Shown here: positions 58,076 to 60,587 of the stretch, piece after piece
Layout: every line of letters starts with the position of its first letter
Position numbering within the stretch: the first letter of the stretch is position 1
Source of the DNA: Nitrospiraceae bacterium UBA2166
Lineage (GTDB): Bacteria > Nitrospirota > Nitrospiria > Nitrospirales > UBA2166
NCBI GenBank assembly: GCA_002328825.1
Contig: DCWI01000097.1
Coordinates: 1-60,587 of the forward strand
Length of the DNA stretch: 60,587 nucleotides
Direction of reading: 5' to 3'
Position numbers and translations under genes: made by a program
The notes under the pieces: model-generated
What the model was told of the DNA's origin: nothing
Database searches by the model: none
The model's input: the letters and a program-made list of their open reading frames with translations, nothing else

Positions 58076-60031
58076 CTATCCGACAACAACAAGTGTCTCA
58101 TCTGTCTGAATATCATCTCCCACTGTTACATTCACTTTTGCGACCGTTCCATTTACTGAGCACACAACTTGTGATTCCATTTTCATCGCCTCGACAATTA
58201 AAACAACAGCGCCTTTCTTAATTTGATCCCCTTCCTTAACCAATACCTTCACCACTTTCCCTGGCATTGGGGATGAAACATCACCTGGATGTTGGGGCTT
58301 TGGGCGTGCAAATGGAAGATTAGCTTGAGTCTCAGAAGCTTGAGATGCACCCGGCACAATCTCACTGATTGCTTCGAGATAGACTTCTTCTAACTGATCG
58401 TTAATTCTAATATAGTACGGTTTCTGTCCTTCAGTCTTGTAACTCGCCCCCGCTACTTCAATACGATACGATTCCCCGTGCAATGTAAGGTTAAATTCAC
58501 GCGGAGCAAGATTTTTACTTCTAATACTTGAAGTATCGTCAGTACTCTCAGAATCAATAGGCTCTGGTTTGAGTTCTCCTTTAGCGCGCTGCTCAAAAAA
58601 TTCCTTCGCCACCTGGGGAAACAATGCATAGGACAAAATGTCTTCAAGGCTGCTCGTTGTTCCTTCAAGCGCTGACTTAAGCTTTTTTAATTCAGGTTTT
58701 AATCGGTCAGCAGGCCGTGAGGTGATGGCTTTTCCAGATCGGAGTGCCCGCTTTCGTAGTTCGGGACTTATATCGCCAGGAGGACGCCCATACAGCCCCT
58801 TGACATAGTTGCGCGTCTCATTTGTGATCACTTTGTATCGTTCACCGGTAATCACATTCAGTGTAGCCTGGGTTCCCACAATTTGGCTGCTCGGAGTGAC
58901 AAGCGGAGGATATCCCATATCTTCTCGTACACGTGGAACTTCATCTAATACTTCTTTCATGCGTCCCAACATATTCTGTTGCGAAAGCTGATCGGACATA
59001 CTGGAGAGCATACCTCCAGGCACTTGAGAGATCAGTATCTCCGAATCAACACCCGTAAAAACACTTTCGAATTTCCGATATTTTGTACGAATATTGTTTA
59101 ACTCCCCCGCCATCCGAGGAAAGGGCCGTAAATCAATCTTCGTATCGTATGGCGTTCCCCGAAGTGAAGCAATCAGACTTTCAGTTGGGGGATGTGAAGA
59201 ACCTCCAGAAAGAGGCGACATTGCCGTATCAATCACATCAAGGCCACCCAGAATCGCCATTAAATGCGACATACTTGCCATACCAGACGTAGCGTGGGCG
59301 TGAAGATGGATTGGAACTTTTAACTCTTTCTTCAGACGGCGAATCAATACATAGGCGTCAAGCGGAACAATCAGGCCTGCCATGTCCTTGATACAAAGGC
59401 TATCAATGCCCATGCTTTCAAGCTCTTTGGCTTCCTTAACAAACATCTCAATTGTATGGACCGGACTCGTGGTGTAGCAGAGAGTCCCTTGTGCATGTTT
59501 TCCGACATTCTTAACAGCCTTTATCGATGTTTCCAGGTTCCGCAAGTCATTAAGCGCATCAAAGATTCGAAATACATCCATTCCGTTAGAAGCAGATCTC
59601 TCCACAAATGCTTCAACCACATCATCAGGATAATGTGCGTAACCAAGTAAGTTCTGACCACGCAACAACATTTGGAGACGCGTATTTGGCGCAACACTTC
59701 GAAATTGACGCAGGCGTTCCCACGGATCTTCCTTGAGGAAACGAAGACAGGTATCAAATGTTGCACCTCCCCACACCTCGAGGGACCAATATCCAACACG
59801 GTCCATCTTTTCGACACTTGCTAGCAAGTCGTCAGTTCTAACGCGTGTAGCGAGAAGCGATTGCTGCCCATCACGTATTGCAACATCAGTGAGTAGGAGC
59901 TGCTTTCCCTTTGATGGCCGAAATGAAACGTCAACAGGCGGAGTTGTTTTTGCAGATCTCTTCTTTTTAATAATCGTGGGAATCAGTCGCTTAGAGGCAG
60001 TTTTCCGCTTTGGTGAGGTTTTTTTCGCCAT
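58076..60031 (-). CDS. pycB: pyruvate carboxylase subunit B type (carboxyltransferase plus biotinyl carrier domain)
   Basis: LTDVAIRDGQQS carboxyltransferase TIM-barrel start, the HLHAHATSG metal site and a C-terminal biotinylation motif VEAMKME. The ATG lies 2 nt after the stop of the upstream biotin carboxylase gene. Confidence 0.85.
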   Translation of the reverse strand: MAKKTSPKRKTASKRLIPTIIKKKRSAKTTPPVDVSFRPSKGKQLLLTDVAIRDGQQSLLATRVRTDDLLASVEKMDRVGYWSLEVWGGATFDTCLRFLKEDPWERLRQFRSVAPNTRLQMLLRGQNLLGYAHYPDDVVEAFVERSASNGMDVFRIFDALNDLRNLETSIKAVKNVGKHAQGTLCYTTSPVHTIEMFVKEAKELESMGIDSLCIKDMAGLIVPLDAYVLIRRLKKELKVPIHLHAHATSGMASMSHLMAILGGLDVIDTAMSPLSGGSSHPPTESLIASLRGTPYDTKIDLRPFPRMAGELNNIRTKYRKFESVFTGVDSEILISQVPGGMLSSMSDQLSQQNMLGRMKEVLDEVPRVREDMGYPPLVTPSSQIVGTQATLNVITGERYKVITNETRNYVKGLYGRPPGDISPELRKRALRSGKAITSRPADRLKPELKKLKSALEGTTSSLEDILSYALFPQVAKEFFEQRAKGELKPEPIDSESTDDTSSIRSKNLAPREFNLTLHGESYRIEVAGASYKTEGQKPYYIRINDQLEEVYLEAISEIVPGASQASETQANLPFARPKPQHPGDVSSPMPGKVVKVLVKEGDQIKKGAVVLIVEAMKMESQVVCSVNGTVAKVNVTVGDDIQTDETLVVVG

Positions 60032-60033
60032 CC

Positions 60034-60587
60034 TTAGAGTCCCTCGTATGCCGCAATAGCTGCAGAAATTGCAACAACAATGTCTTCTGGATTAGTGTGT
60101 TCTTCATATTCTAACAAGTGTGGATGAGTTTCGATGTACGTGGTATCAAATTGACCAGCAATAAAATCTGGCTCTACCATAACCCTCTGTAAGAATGGAA
60201 TGGTTGTTTTGACTCCTCGAAGCACAAACTCCTCCAACGAGCGATGCATACGGTTTACCGTCTCTGGCCAGGATCGCCCTGTGACGATGAGCTTTGTTAG
60301 CAATGTGTCAAAGTACGGAGGAATTCGATAGTCCTTATAGACGGCGCCATCAATGCGCACACCTATTCCCCCAGGCGAATAGTAAGCCGTCACAGTTCCG
60401 GCACAGGGAGAAAAACCATTTTTCGGATCCTCCGCATTAATACGACATTGGATCGAATGACCACTGAGAGTCACATTCTCCTGCGTCGTTCCTAGAGGAA
60501 TTCCTGCCGCAAATTCAATCTGAGCGCGAACCAAGTCCATCCCCGTAACTTGTTCAGTTACAGTATGTTCAACCTGAATTCGTGTGT
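60034..60587 (-). CDS. pycA: biotin carboxylase subunit (pyruvate carboxylase subunit A type), C-terminal part; 5' end outside the window
   Basis: The frame is open to the window edge. TRIQVEHTVTEQVTGMDLVRAQI matches the conserved biotin-carboxylase RIQVEHPVTE..TG.DLV block, and the biotin-carboxylase C-terminal domain follows. Confidence 0.85.
   Translation of the reverse strand, partial: TRIQVEHTVTEQVTGMDLVRAQIEFAAGIPLGTTQENVTLSGHSIQCRINAEDPKNGFSPCAGTVTAYYSPGGIGVRIDGAVYKDYRIPPYFDTLLTKLIVTGRSWPETVNRMHRSLEEFVLRGVKTTIPFLQRVMVEPDFIAGQFDTTYIETHPHLLEYEEHTNPEDIVVAISAAIAAYEGL

Overview
This 60.6-kb window is densely packed, almost entirely housekeeping chromosome from a diderm (LPS-producing) bacterium of moderate-to-low GC. 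I cannot assign a lineage from sequence alone. The two-subunit pyruvate-carboxylase-type genes, the cobA-hemD fusion and the thrH-like gene only loosely suggest an anaerobic or chemolithotrophic lineage. About 58 protein genes and one tRNA are supported. They include lptFG, cspA, purA, copA, trpEGDC, thiD, a hemX-like/hemA/hemC/cobA-hemD/hemB cluster, ribF, tilS, ftsH-folP-glmM and tRNA-Lys(UUU). Also present are a plsY-pgsA-kdsD-kdsA-pyrG-kdsB-hldA envelope block, lepA-lepB, bioA, greA, queE-pepA-nagZ-MFS, queG, thiI, trxB, coaE, recN, trxA, uppP, mazG and pycA/pycB. I saw no CRISPR array, transposase, integrase, phage genes, toxin-antitoxin pair or defence-like cluster, and I cannot honestly point to a convincing new multi-gene system. 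The unexplained material is small-scale. It comprises an AT-rich orphan secreted-protein gene and a 460-nt non-coding tract flanking tRNA-Lys, a Lys-rich coiled-coil protein heading the trp operon, and Lys/Arg-rich N-terminal tails on conserved enzymes. It also includes terminator-like hairpins in the purA and cspA leaders, candidate leaderless or non-AUG starts (bioA, lepA), a signal-peptide-bearing AlgH-family protein and an overlapping thrH-like/thiD pair. All functional calls rest on remembered family motifs and synteny; no searches were run.
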